A DNA stretch of 64,000 nucleotides from Ostreococcus lucimarinus (GCA_000092065.1 CP000590.1); one strand, 5' to 3'; positions 9,941 to 19,527 are shown, counted from the stretch's first letter. Made by a program: numbers and translations. Notes: generated by a model not told the origin, from the sequence alone.

Positions 9941-11341
9941 CTACTGCACGACGCAACGCGACGACGAAGAGTCCACGCCAACAAAAGTTTCATCCACATC
10001 GTATCGTTGAGGGGTGAAATACGATTCGCGATTCACGTACCACACCACCGAGAAACGATCGCCACTGTATCCGCGAACCCAGTGCACGGATCTGCCGTCG
10101 AATCTCGCCAAACGCTCGCGCGTATCAATCATCCAGCGCGTCTTTCCGTCCTTGCTTTCTACGCATAACTCACCACCACCGGTAAAAGTGCCGAAAGACA
10201 TCGAGTACTGATGAGATTTGTCATCCTTGTCCAAGTGCGCCGAGGAGATGAAATTTTTCGTTATCGCTAGGCTATCGTAGGGGAACGTCTCGTCGACGGT
10301 TCGCATCAATCTCTCGCACGCATCCTTGAGTTTGGCGTACGGATCATTCGGCGACAATTCACGCTTCAAAACTATGTAGCCATCACTTTTCACGCCGCGG
10401 CGATGCGAACGCGCCGGCCACTTCGATCGAAGGAGTTCATCCTTCAAGCGCTGCGTCGCGGCGCTGTCCACCGCGACGCCTCGAAGGTTGACGTACGACG
10501 CCGCCTCGTTCGACGCCACCGCTTCATCGATGAGAGCTGCGTGTGTCATGCCGCGCGCCAGCGCGCGCTGTTCCAAGTCTTTTGCCGTCCACGCCATGAA
10601 AATCTCTCTCGCGGGCGGGTGCTCTCCGGGAGGCAACGCGCGAGCGGGAGGAGCAACTGCCGCCGGCGCAGCTTTCGCATCATTCGTCTTGTTCTTATAC
10701 GCCGCGGGCCTCGCCTTCAGTACGCTCGTGACTCCATCTTTCAACGTCACACTCACTTCATTCATAGCCGCCTGGAGCACGCGCGCCTCATCCGCGTCTC
10801 TGCACTGTAAAAACGCAAACGCTTTCCACTCTCCATTGACTTTATAACCCCTACGCTTTATGAACTTCACCTGCGGCTGTGGCAAGTCTGAGTTATGCGG
10901 CATCGCGTGCCAGATGACCTGGCGCACCCCTTTCATCGTGCCCGCGCTCCCGGACAGTCCACCGAGCCATAAATCAGCCGCCGGGTCGCCCGCCGCCGTC
11001 CCGCTCGAGTCGCCGCCTCGCGCTCTCAGTTCCTTCCGTATCGCCGCGCGCTTCCTGCGCCTTTCGTTCAGCGCCCGCACCTCTTCCTTCGTCATGTCCC
11101 TTTCCTTCTTGTGGCTCCTTCCGCTGCTCGCGTACGCGAGCGTCGGACCGTCCTCCCCGCGCGCCCTGGCGTCGAACGCCCTCGCCACCGACGTCTTGTG
11201 GACGCCCGCGCGCGCGCCCATCGACGACGTCGACGCATCGTCGGCATCGTCGATCGCGCGACACGGTCCGTCGCGCCTGAGATGACGGAACAGCGCGTTT
11301 CTCGACGCGAACGCCGTCCCGCACGTCGCGCACGACGCCAT
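9941..11341 (-). CDS. Hypothetical protein with N-terminal C2H2-like zinc finger and C-terminal putative 2OG-Fe(II) oxygenase fold
   Basis: C2H2-like finger CATCGTAFASRNALFRHLRR at the N-terminus. The C-terminus has HLD (HxD), then about 50 aa, then HWV, then about 9 aa, then RFS (RxS), which is the spacing typical of 2OG oxygenases. Confidence 0.4.
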   Translation of the reverse strand: MASCATCGTAFASRNALFRHLRRDGPCRAIDDADDASTSSMGARAGVHKTSVARAFDARARGEDGPTLAYASSGRSHKKERDMTKEEVRALNERRRKRAAIRKELRARGGDSSGTAAGDPAADLWLGGLSGSAGTMKGVRQVIWHAMPHNSDLPQPQVKFIKRRGYKVNGEWKAFAFLQCRDADEARVLQAAMNEVSVTLKDGVTSVLKARPAAYKNKTNDAKAAPAAVAPPARALPPGEHPPAREIFMAWTAKDLEQRALARGMTHAALIDEAVASNEAASYVNLRGVAVDSAATQRLKDELLRSKWPARSHRRGVKSDGYIVLKRELSPNDPYAKLKDACERLMRTVDETFPYDSLAITKNFISSAHLDKDDKSHQYSMSFGTFTGGGELCVESKDGKTRWMIDTRERLARFDGRSVHWVRGYSGDRFSVVWYVNRESYFTPQRYDVDETFVGVDSSSSRCVVQ

Positions 11342-11384
11342 GCGAAGAGTGCGGCGAGTCGCCGAGCGGAACGCTCAAGTCACC

Positions 11385-12020
11385 TCACGCGCCGTTCGAA
11401 TCCTCCGTCGGCGCGACGTTTTCATCGCACTCACTAAACTCGACCTTGCGTCTTTTCTTCTTCGCGGACGTCGCTCGCACCGCCTCCGCGAACGTCTTCT
11501 TCGTCGTCGCGTCGCCGTCGTCGAGCGCCGCCGCGCGCGCGCGCTCCGCGTCCAACTCCGCCGCGATCTCCGCCATCCGTCGCACGTCTGAGTCGTACTT
11601 CATTAAATCCACAGATTCCAAGCACTCGCGATCGCGCTTTTTCGTTCCGCTTCGCGATGCGTTCTTCGGCGTGACGTTCCGCTTCGGCGTCGTCGAATAT
11701 TTGGACGGGACGCCGCGCGGCGTCGTCGCGAAGTCCTTCGCGTCCACCATCTCCCCTCGGCGCTCGGAGTTCGTGATCCAGAGCGGTGACACGACCTTGA
11801 CCTTGGACGCGAGCTTCATCTCGGCCAGTTTGCGGTGCAGCGCGACGCCTCGCGCGGCGTCCGCGGCGCGAAAGATGACGTGCGTGGTCGTTGGACAAAT
11901 GTTCACCGTGACTTTCGCGCCCTTCGCGACGAGTTTCGCGCGAAACGGCGCGCTGGCGTCGACGTTACCGGTGAGCGTGACGTCGACGTAGGCGCTGACG
12001 CCGTCGAAGATCGGACGCAT
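11385..12020 (-). CDS. BRCT-domain protein with basic SPKK-like tail
   Basis: An N-terminal BRCT-like block (FDGVSAYVDV...THVIFRAAD...KVVSPLWITNS) is followed by a K/R/TP-rich region and KKKRRK (an NLS-like motif). Confidence 0.5.
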   Translation of the reverse strand: MRPIFDGVSAYVDVTLTGNVDASAPFRAKLVAKGAKVTVNICPTTTHVIFRAADAARGVALHRKLAEMKLASKVKVVSPLWITNSERRGEMVDAKDFATTPRGVPSKYSTTPKRNVTPKNASRSGTKKRDRECLESVDLMKYDSDVRRMAEIAAELDAERARAAALDDGDATTKKTFAEAVRATSAKKKRRKVEFSECDENVAPTEDSNGA

Positions 12021-12111
12021 CGGAAGATCGGGGCGGGGTTTGCGGAACCGCGACGGGAGGGGGACTGACTGTTCGTATTCATCGCGCGAGCGCTAGGCGC
12101 GAATGTGGGCG

Positions 12112-13743
12112 TTAGTTGCCGACGAATAAGTACTCGTACGCGATGAGATGCAAGAGCACGAGGTAGGAACCGATGATAAATCGCCTGTGACGCAGAACGC
12201 TCTCGAGCCTGCGGTTGAGCGGACGCTTGTACGCGAGCGGCGTCAAAGTTTCGGCGCCGACGACGGCGTTGGCGACGGTCGGGGTGGCGACACCGGTGAC
12301 GGCACCGCGTTTTTCCATCGTCGAACGCCACGCGAGGTCGGTGAATCGTCGAGTGAGAGAATCGATCTCTTCGTTCTTCTTCAGCACGAGCGCTTCGCTC
12401 TCGGCGAGTCGGCGAGAGAGCGAAGCCAAGGACGCGTTCGCGGGCGACGACGCGGAGCTATCGCGGGCGCGTTCGGCCGCCAAGGCGGCGAGTTCACGGC
12501 GCGTCTCTTCGAGAGCGCTCTCGGCTTCTTTCGCGCGCTGTTCCGCGGCTAGGACATCCGCAGCCGTGCTGGTTTCGCTCGAAGCGCCGCCATCCGCGCG
12601 CAAGTTGTTCATCTGCGTCTCGTACGCCTCCCTCGCCGCAGACGCCTGCGCCATGGCGGCTTGCGCGCGTTCTTTCCACACGCTCTCTGACGCGCGCGCT
12701 GCGAGCGCACTTTCGGTGGCATCGCTCGATTTCAGCCGATCGATTTCGTCTTGCGCCTCGCGAAGCGCGTGTCTCGCTTGCGCGAGCTCCGTCTCGATTC
12801 TCTTGACGTCGGCGCGATCGACGGTTGACTCACCCTGCGCGCTCTGCGTCACGGCTGCAATTTTACCTTCGTACTCTTCCTGTTTCGCTGCGAACGCTTC
12901 CGTGAGATGCGCCAAGCGTCCGTTCGCTGCGCGGTTCTCTTCGCTCAACTTTTCCAGCTCGGCTTCGAGCGTCGTCACTCGCGCCTCCGCCTCCGCTCGC
13001 GCGTGTACGCTCGCTACGTGCTCACTCTCCGCTTGCGCCCGAGCACTCGCCGCGAGCTCTCTCTCTTCAACAGCTGCCCTCTTCGCCGCCTCCGCCGCGA
13101 GTTTCTCCGCATTCGCCGCCGCCGTCGCGTTCGCCGTCTCGCTTCGCAAATCGTTCAACGCGAGCGTCAATTTTTCATTCTCCTCCACCGCCTTGGCGAT
13201 GCGCAACCGCATCCGAGCCGCCTTCGACGTCTTTCTCGACTTCCCCCCGCGCCCGATGGACCCACCGCTGTCCTCTCGATCGCTTCCATCGCTCCCGTCG
13301 TCGCTCTCGTCGTCGCTCTCGTCGCTCGACGCCTCCGCCGCGTCCAACTTCTCCCTCAGCGCCTCGTTCTCCGCCTTAAAACTCTCCAACTCCGCCCGCA
13401 ACACCGCGACTTTCGTCTCCAGCGCCTTCTCGTTCCCTCCCGTCGCCTCCGCGTCCTCGCGCGCGTTCGCACCGCTCGCTCGACGCGCGTCCTCCAACAA
13501 TTTCGCCAACGCCTCGCGCTCCTTCTCGATCGTTTTCCCCTTCTTCACCGCCCCCCTGAGCTTCTCCCGCAGCTCCGCCACGCGCGCGCGCTCTTCCTCG
13601 AGCGTCGCGTTCGCTCGCGCGCGCTCGTCGTCGCTCGCGCGCGACGCCATCGCGGCTCGAAGTGCCGCGTCGGCGCCTTCGCGTCCACACTTCGCGACGA
13701 TGCGTCGCCTCCCGATCGTCGACGACGCCACGCGCGCGCGCAC
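12112..13743 (-). CDS. Tail-anchored long coiled-coil protein, golgin-84-like
   Basis: About 500 aa of coiled coil, then a single C-terminal transmembrane segment (IIGSYLVLLHLIAYEYLFVG). The start codon is uncertain. Confidence 0.45.
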   Translation of the reverse strand: MRARVASSTIGRRRIVAKCGREGADAALRAAMASRASDDERARANATLEEERARVAELREKLRGAVKKGKTIEKEREALAKLLEDARRASGANAREDAEATGGNEKALETKVAVLRAELESFKAENEALREKLDAAEASSDESDDESDDGSDGSDREDSGGSIGRGGKSRKTSKAARMRLRIAKAVEENEKLTLALNDLRSETANATAAANAEKLAAEAAKRAAVEERELAASARAQAESEHVASVHARAEAEARVTTLEAELEKLSEENRAANGRLAHLTEAFAAKQEEYEGKIAAVTQSAQGESTVDRADVKRIETELAQARHALREAQDEIDRLKSSDATESALAARASESVWKERAQAAMAQASAAREAYETQMNNLRADGGASSETSTAADVLAAEQRAKEAESALEETRRELAALAAERARDSSASSPANASLASLSRRLAESEALVLKKNEEIDSLTRRFTDLAWRSTMEKRGAVTGVATPTVANAVVGAETLTPLAYKRPLNRRLESVLRHRRFIIGSYLVLLHLIAYEYLFVGN

Positions 13744-14443
13744 GCGGTGCGCGATGTGCTGGGGGACGCTTCACCGCGCGTGTCTGCCGTCGACGTGCGC
13801 GCACGCGACGTGCGAGGCGTGCTTCAAGGCGAGAGAACCCGACGCGAGCTGCGCCGTGTGCGGAGAGAAATATCTCGCGCGCGGCGCGCCGGGTGCGTTC
13901 GCGCGCGACGCGGCGCGCGACGCGGAGTGCGAGCGGGTGTACGGCGACGCGCGCGAGGCGTACGACGCGGAGGAGGATCGGCGGGCGCTGCGGACGCTGA
14001 AGGAATGTTTTGGGTACGAGACGTCGACGGCGTTCGCGGCGCGCGACGGCGACGGCGACGAAGACGAAGACGAAGACAAAGACGCGGCGACGCGAACGGA
14101 GACGGTGGACGAGGACGATGGGGCGTACGAGATAGAGTTTAGGGACGTCGCGGCGGCGCGGCAGACGTCGGGTGAGCCGGATGAGACGCGGGCTCGGTTA
14201 CCCGTGGAGTTCGCGTCGGCGCCGAAGACGGCGAAGGTGGAGGCGCTGCGGAGGTTCGTCGAAGAGCAGGGCAGAGGGAAGTACGCGCTTTGCGACGAAC
14301 ACGGTCGTTATCGGTGGTCGCGCGCGCACGGGTCGGACAAAGATTCCGTTTTAGATCCAACGAAGACGTTGGAAGATTTTTTTGAGCCGCAGCTCCGTCG
14401 CGGAGAGCCCATAGTGGCGTGGTTCGTTTCGTTTCGTGAGTGA
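13699..14443 (+). CDS. RING/zinc-finger protein (hypothetical)
   Basis: A Cys/His cluster CAMCWGTLHRACLPSTCAHATCEACF...CAVCGEKY, an acidic (DE)n stretch and a conserved-looking C-terminal domain. Confidence 0.45.
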
Positions 14444-14660
14444 GTTGTTTCTGTGAGTGAACTGTTTCGTGGCGTGGTTCGTTTCGAAGAAGCGGGTCGG
14501 CGACTAGGCCACTGCTCGGTCGAAGATCGGAGGGTGCGCGGAGACGGATTCGGTAAAGTCGGGCTGGTGTACATCACGAGATACAATGGCGGATTACGAG
14601 CATGTGTACGCGGCGAAGAGTTCGGCGCAGCCGTGCTGGAGCTGAGACATAACGACGCGC

Positions 14661-15737
14661 GTGATGGCAACGATGCAGACATCACGGCGGTTCTTTCTCT
14701 TTTTGCTCATGTGCTGCGTCACGCGCGCGCGCGCCGATTTGACAACTGAGAGCACGTTTGAGCGCGTCGAGAGAGACGGAACTGAAGGGACTTTCGAACT
14801 GGTGGGAAAGTACACCATTAGAAACGACGGCGCGAATGACGTGAACCTCGCCGGGCAAGCCCTGATGTTGCGATTCCCAGGATATGTTCGCGTGAAGAAC
14901 GACGATGATCCAGCACAGTCGACGTTGACGAGAGCGCTCCCGCGCGACTGGATCTTCGAGTGTTTCTGGTCTTACGTCGAAGGGCGATACAACGGGACGA
15001 ACGTGTGTCCCTCGATCGATTTCGTCGTTTCGTCGAATGTGGTGGAGGTACGATTCGTGAACACCTTGATTTTATGTCCAGGATGCACGCTGAGGGGGGA
15101 CTCGTCGTACACGTCCTTCGTTCTTAAGCATCGTGCGTATTTCCCCATCTTTGAAAATGGCGACATGCTCAAATCGATGGGCATGCGAACGTTTTTCGAC
15201 GCACCGCCACCGCCGCCGCCTCGAGGCAGGCGGGTGTGTTTCCCTCGCGAAGTTGATTTTTCATTTAAAGTGTCAAGCTACCCGAGCCGTTTCGCGGCGG
15301 ATGACGAGTCGGCGTCCTCAGACGACGCCGTCGTGCCGTTGGGCACGGCGGGCTTCGACGCGTTCTTACGCGTCTTCTTAGACGTGCGCAATCGACAATC
15401 TTTCGATTACGACATGTCTTCAGTCGTCATCGTCGTCCCCTTTGATTGGAAAATCTCTCCGAGCGAGAGCTCGGGCAAAATTCAGCAAACGCCGGATGAT
15501 TTCTTCGCGCGATGCCACGGGCAAGGCACGACGCTGTGCGACGTCGCTTACGTACTCAAGGAATCGTCGGGATTCCAAATTCGATTCAATCCAGGATTCA
15601 CCCTCTGCCCTGGATGCTCGCTGCGAGGCAAAGGTCCACAAGGCGCCGCATTCGAACTGTACTCGCCATTTCTTTTTCCGCTCGACATAGAAAGCGTTCG
15701 AGGCGCGTCGGCGTTTTGCGACGACGCCCAACTGTAA
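14661..15737 (+). CDS. Secreted protein with two internally duplicated Cys-motif domains (novel, no family recognised)
   Basis: A signal peptide (FFLFLLMCCVTRARADL) is followed by two homologous modules ending in RF(V/N)xxx(I/T)LCPGC(T/S)LRG. The gene sits in a GC-poorer island. Confidence 0.55.
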   Translation: MMATMQTSRRFFLFLLMCCVTRARADLTTESTFERVERDGTEGTFELVGKYTIRNDGANDVNLAGQALMLRFPGYVRVKNDDDPAQSTLTRALPRDWIFECFWSYVEGRYNGTNVCPSIDFVVSSNVVEVRFVNTLILCPGCTLRGDSSYTSFVLKHRAYFPIFENGDMLKSMGMRTFFDAPPPPPPRGRRVCFPREVDFSFKVSSYPSRFAADDESASSDDAVVPLGTAGFDAFLRVFLDVRNRQSFDYDMSSVVIVVPFDWKISPSESSGKIQQTPDDFFARCHGQGTTLCDVAYVLKESSGFQIRFNPGFTLCPGCSLRGKGPQGAAFELYSPFLFPLDIESVRGASAFCDDAQL

Positions 15738-15781
15738 AATCCAACTGTACAACGCCCGCGCGTCCGCACATTCCAGCGTCC

Positions 15782-16621
15782 ATGATCGACGTCGACGACC
15801 CCGTCGTGCGCAAACACGTCGAAGAGAAAGCGCGCCTGCGCGAGCGCGCCGCCCGCGCGTCGTCGCGCGCGTCGTCCTCGCGCAGCGCCGGCGGCGCTTC
15901 GGGACAGCGCGAGGTTCAACGCTGGATAAAACTCGACTTGGGGCGCCCCGTCCCGGCGACGCACGACCCGTGGGCCGAGGGCGACGCGTTCGAACTGACG
16001 TTTTCGTGCGAATCGGGCGGCGCGACGTCGGTCAGCGTGGGCGCGCTGAAAGCGGCGAACGGTGGTTGCTGGAGCGCGTTCGGGACGAGTTGGCACTGCG
16101 TCACCGGGTGGAGTCGACTGGGCTTGGATTTTCGAGGCGTGGCGCTGGAAGTCGCGTTGGAGTGCGCGTTCGGCGAACGCGACGTCGGTGGTTGGCGGTG
16201 TTTGTACCAGACGAGTGCGGATGGGTACACGGTTGGCGTGGACGCGCGCGACTGCGAAGGCGCGTTTCTCGCCGTTACGGACGCCGACGGCGCGATGCTT
16301 TCGCGCGACCACGGTGGACCCAGGCTCGTGTTTCCCGCGTTGTACGGCTGGAAGAGCGCGAAGTATTTATCTCGAATCGAGCTCAAGACGTCGTACGAGA
16401 ATGGGTTTTGGGAAAACTTGGGGTGTCACGCTCGCGGTCGATGGCGCTACGATGAGCGATGGAAGCCGGGGACGTCCGCGCGAGTGTGGAACGTATTGGC
16501 GTGGATCACGGATCGATACTACATCGGTGGTGAACGGGTGTGGATATGGGTCATGGTGTACGGCGGGCGGGCGTTGGGGATGGTCGCGTCTCTGTTCGCC
16601 AAGAAGAATAGGGTAGACTAA
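15782..16621 (+). CDS. Sulfite-oxidase-family molybdopterin-binding oxidoreductase domain protein (MsrP/YedY-like, single domain)
   Basis: The Moco-domain signature is GGPRLVFPALYGWKSAKYLSRIEL (compare PLRLVVPxxYGxKSxKWxxRIE), with upstream CxxGWS and GV blocks. The protein is about 280 aa with no cytochrome b5 or dimerisation domains. Confidence 0.65.
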   Translation: MIDVDDPVVRKHVEEKARLRERAARASSRASSSRSAGGASGQREVQRWIKLDLGRPVPATHDPWAEGDAFELTFSCESGGATSVSVGALKAANGGCWSAFGTSWHCVTGWSRLGLDFRGVALEVALECAFGERDVGGWRCLYQTSADGYTVGVDARDCEGAFLAVTDADGAMLSRDHGGPRLVFPALYGWKSAKYLSRIELKTSYENGFWENLGCHARGRWRYDERWKPGTSARVWNVLAWITDRYYIGGERVWIWVMVYGGRALGMVASLFAKKNRVD

Positions 16622-16663
16622 AAAATAGGCAGAGCGGCGCTTCGCTCGTGTAATGCAACTCAC

Positions 16664-17620
16664 TCACAGTTCGGTGTGAGCGTCGAGCGACGCGATCTCG
16701 TCGACGATGGCGAGGAACAACGAAGAACTGTCCTGCACGTCCTGCCCGAGTTCCCATATCATCACCCCGCCGAATCCCATTCGTCGAGCCACGCGGACTT
16801 TTTTTCGAACGACGCCGACGGAGTCGAACGCCCAATCTCCGACTACATTTTGATCTTTGTCGAGATTCTCTGAACTCGCAAACTCGCGACGAATCTCCTC
16901 GTACGTTTTCGCTTCGCCCGTTCGCATTGAGCGAGCGTAAAACGGTATCCCGACCGTGAATTTACTGACGTCGTCGAACTCGCGCTTGACGTACTCCATC
17001 AAACTCTCCACGAAACTCATCGCGGCGTGTCCGCGCGGATCGCGCGAGTCGTACGCCATGATGTGCACGTAGTCCACGTATTTCATCAAATCAAACTTCA
17101 CCATCGCCTCGAACGTCGCCACCGTCGGATGAATCGCGAAACTCAAGCGCTTGCGCTCGCCTTCCATCTCGTCGAGCGCGTCGCGCGTCGCGCGCAGCAG
17201 CTCCCCGAACGCCATCCAATCGCTCTCGCGCGCCGGGTACTCCCAATCGTACGACACTCCATCGAACGCGTGCGTCTCCACCGCGCGCTTCACCGCCGCC
17301 ACGAGGGCGGTGGGAGACTCCGCCGCCGCTCCGAATCCGTCGCTTCGGCCGCCGCCGCCGACCACCAAATCGCTCGCGCAGTCACCGTCCTCGTCCGTCT
17401 TCTTCCACACCCCATCCAGGCCGTCCAGCGCGCGACCAGACGACGACGGCGCGGCGGAGAACGCCAGCACGCGCGCACCGCGCGCGCACGCTCGCGCGGC
17501 GGCGGTCGCGGGTCGGTAATCTGGAAGGTACCCGTGCACAGAAAACGTCTTCGCGGCGACCGCGCCGTGCGAACGGGACGCGAGAGCCGCGAGCGCGAGG
17601 ACGAACGCGCGCAGACGCAT
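16664..17620 (-). CDS. Glycoside hydrolase family 18 (chitinase-like) protein, secreted or ER
   Basis: The GH18 catalytic motif is FDGVSYDWEYP (DxxDxDxE). An N-terminal signal peptide MRLRAFVLALAALASRSHG is present and the C-terminus ends in HTEL. Confidence 0.85.
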   Translation of the reverse strand: MRLRAFVLALAALASRSHGAVAAKTFSVHGYLPDYRPATAAARACARGARVLAFSAAPSSSGRALDGLDGVWKKTDEDGDCASDLVVGGGGRSDGFGAAAESPTALVAAVKRAVETHAFDGVSYDWEYPARESDWMAFGELLRATRDALDEMEGERKRLSFAIHPTVATFEAMVKFDLMKYVDYVHIMAYDSRDPRGHAAMSFVESLMEYVKREFDDVSKFTVGIPFYARSMRTGEAKTYEEIRREFASSENLDKDQNVVGDWAFDSVGVVRKKVRVARRMGFGGVMIWELGQDVQDSSSLFLAIVDEIASLDAHTEL

Positions 17621-17786
17621 ATCTTTTCGCGGCGACGCGCGACGAGGGGAGACTCGCGAGGGGAGATCTGCGGCGAAGGCGCGCGGCGCGGCGTAAACTG
17701 TCGCGTAAACTAACTTCTTCGGTTACAACCGACGAACTCTGAAAATGTCGTGATCACTCGAAAGTCGAACTAGAAGGCGAGCGCGA

Positions 17787-18545
17787 TCAGGTAGCGTCCA
17801 TGGCGTCGACTTCACCGTCGGCGAGTCGCTTGGCGGCCGCGCGCGCGGGCTCGGCGATGTCCTCGGGCACGCGGACGAACTCGCCGTCGCTCGCGTCGCA
17901 AATCCAGCTCAACTCGCACTCAAACTCCTTGTCTTTCACGTCGTGCGTGGCGTACACGATGCGCGCCAACTCTTTCACCGCCTCCGCGCACGTGATTTCA
18001 CTAAAATTTAACTTTTCAACCTCCGTCTTCGCCGCGCTTTTCCCCTTACCGACGCACGCGCCCTTCATCTTCGCGCACTCGCCGTTTTGCTCGAGGAGAT
18101 ACAAGTGATAGCCGTCGAAATCCTTCACCGCCAGCACGCTCGAGCACCCGAACGGGCGCACGCTCCAGTACAGCGTGAACAGATGATAATAATGCGCCAT
18201 GCGATCGGCCAGAACTTTCGCCGGGATCGCGTCGCCGTAAAACGACTTGTACTGCGCGCACTCCGCTCGCGCGCGGTCTCGCACCGCCTTCAAATCCGGG
18301 TTATACCCACTCCCGCCCATTCCCGCGTGTCGCGCCACCGCGCACACGCGTCGATTCGTCCCCGGCGTGTGCAATTTACTCGGCACGAGCTTCTCGCACG
18401 CGATGACGCATCCGTCCGCGCACCGCACCCCCACGGTCAACCCGCCGTTGTCCACCGCCTTCCCCGCGTACTCCACCTGGAACACGCGTCCGTCGGGCGA
18501 GTACGTCGTCGTGCTCAGGTCGTATCCCGAGCCGATCCCGCTCAT
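17787..18545 (-). CDS. PSMA3: 20S proteasome subunit alpha type-3
   Basis: The N-terminus is MSGIGSGYDLSTTTYSPDGRVFQVEYAGKAV. The protein is 252 aa. Confidence 0.95.
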   Translation of the reverse strand: MSGIGSGYDLSTTTYSPDGRVFQVEYAGKAVDNGGLTVGVRCADGCVIACEKLVPSKLHTPGTNRRVCAVARHAGMGGSGYNPDLKAVRDRARAECAQYKSFYGDAIPAKVLADRMAHYYHLFTLYWSVRPFGCSSVLAVKDFDGYHLYLLEQNGECAKMKGACVGKGKSAAKTEVEKLNFSEITCAEAVKELARIVYATHDVKDKEFECELSWICDASDGEFVRVPEDIAEPARAAAKRLADGEVDAMDAT

Positions 18546-18792
18546 CGCGCGCGCCTCGCGCCGCCCTCACCGCCGTCGCGCGGCGGTTTCGTTCAGATTC
18601 GATCGCGCGCCGGCTCGACGACCTCGATCGTTCGTCGTCGCGCGTCGCGAACGCGCGTCGTCGGGAACCGGCGCGCGGCGCGCGCGACGACGCGTTCGCG
18701 CGACCCGCGAATCGCGCGACGCGTCGCTCGTCGACGCTCGGCGCGTGGCGTCGCGCAGTGCGGCGAATCCGCGGCAGATCGCCGCGCGCGCG

Positions 18793-19527
18793 ATGCGGTC
18801 GACGCGTTGGCGCGTCGACGCGCGGTTCGCGACGCGCGGGCGCGGACGCGCGCGGACGCGCTTGAACGCGAGCGCGGAGCCGGCGCGCACGCGCGCGTTC
18901 GACCCGACGCGGGCGAAGGATCTGAAGCTGCTCGGCGCGAAGGAAAATCTGTTGGATGCGATCGAAAGAAACGACGCCCAGAGGATCGACGCGGCGATCG
19001 ACGAGTGCGGTGCGCTGTACGACGGCGAACGACGCTCGCCCGCGACGTCGCGGGCGCTGCGCGGGCGATGGCGCCTGGTGCACTCGAAGCAAGCGGCGAA
19101 CGCGAATCCGTTTCAGATTTTGTTTCAAGGCGCGGCGAAAAACTATCAAACGTTCGACGAGGACGACGGCGTGCGGAACGCGGTGGAGTTGGGAATGCTC
19201 AGGATCGAGGCGTTCGCGACGAGCGAGAACGCGGGAGCGGTGCGGACGAACATCGAGATTCGCACGGTGGACGTGAGTTTCGGCGGTCGAAGATTGAAGA
19301 CGTTTGAGCTGAATCCGAAACCGGGCGCGGGTCGCGGCTGGGTGGAACAGCGGTTCTTGGATGAGGAAGTGCGAATTAGCGTCGGGAATAAGGGGAGCGT
19401 GTTCGTGCACGTCAAGGACGACGAAGGAGAATCGGCGAAGGAGGCGAAGGAAACGACCGACGCGGCGACGACGACGACGAGCGCGTTGGCGCGCGTCGAG
19501 CGCCGCGCGGACGAGGACGAGGACTAA
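18793..19527 (+). CDS. Plastid lipid-associated protein / fibrillin family protein
   Basis: An Arg-rich transit-peptide-like N-terminus is followed by PAP_fibrillin blocks (KDLKLLGAKENLLDAI...LRGRWRLVHSK...LKTFELNP). Confidence 0.75.
   Translation: MRSTRWRVDARFATRGRGRARTRLNASAEPARTRAFDPTRAKDLKLLGAKENLLDAIERNDAQRIDAAIDECGALYDGERRSPATSRALRGRWRLVHSKQAANANPFQILFQGAAKNYQTFDEDDGVRNAVELGMLRIEAFATSENAGAVRTNIEIRTVDVSFGGRRLKTFELNPKPGAGRGWVEQRFLDEEVRISVGNKGSVFVHVKDDEGESAKEAKETTDAATTTTSALARVERRADEDED

Noticed and set aside
12215-14443. A 742-aa ORF on the plus strand overlapping the golgin-like gene (and many similar long antisense ORFs, e.g. 6683-7858, 18087-19307, 19361-20662, 38407-39163, 47645-48650, 52236-53861, 57650-59146 upstream part)
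   Set aside because: Their translations are low-complexity Arg/Ala/Ser strings, typical of antisense or out-of-frame reading of GC-rich codons. Only the 3' part of 12215-14443 (from the Met at 13699) looks protein-like, and that part is annotated as a separate RING gene.
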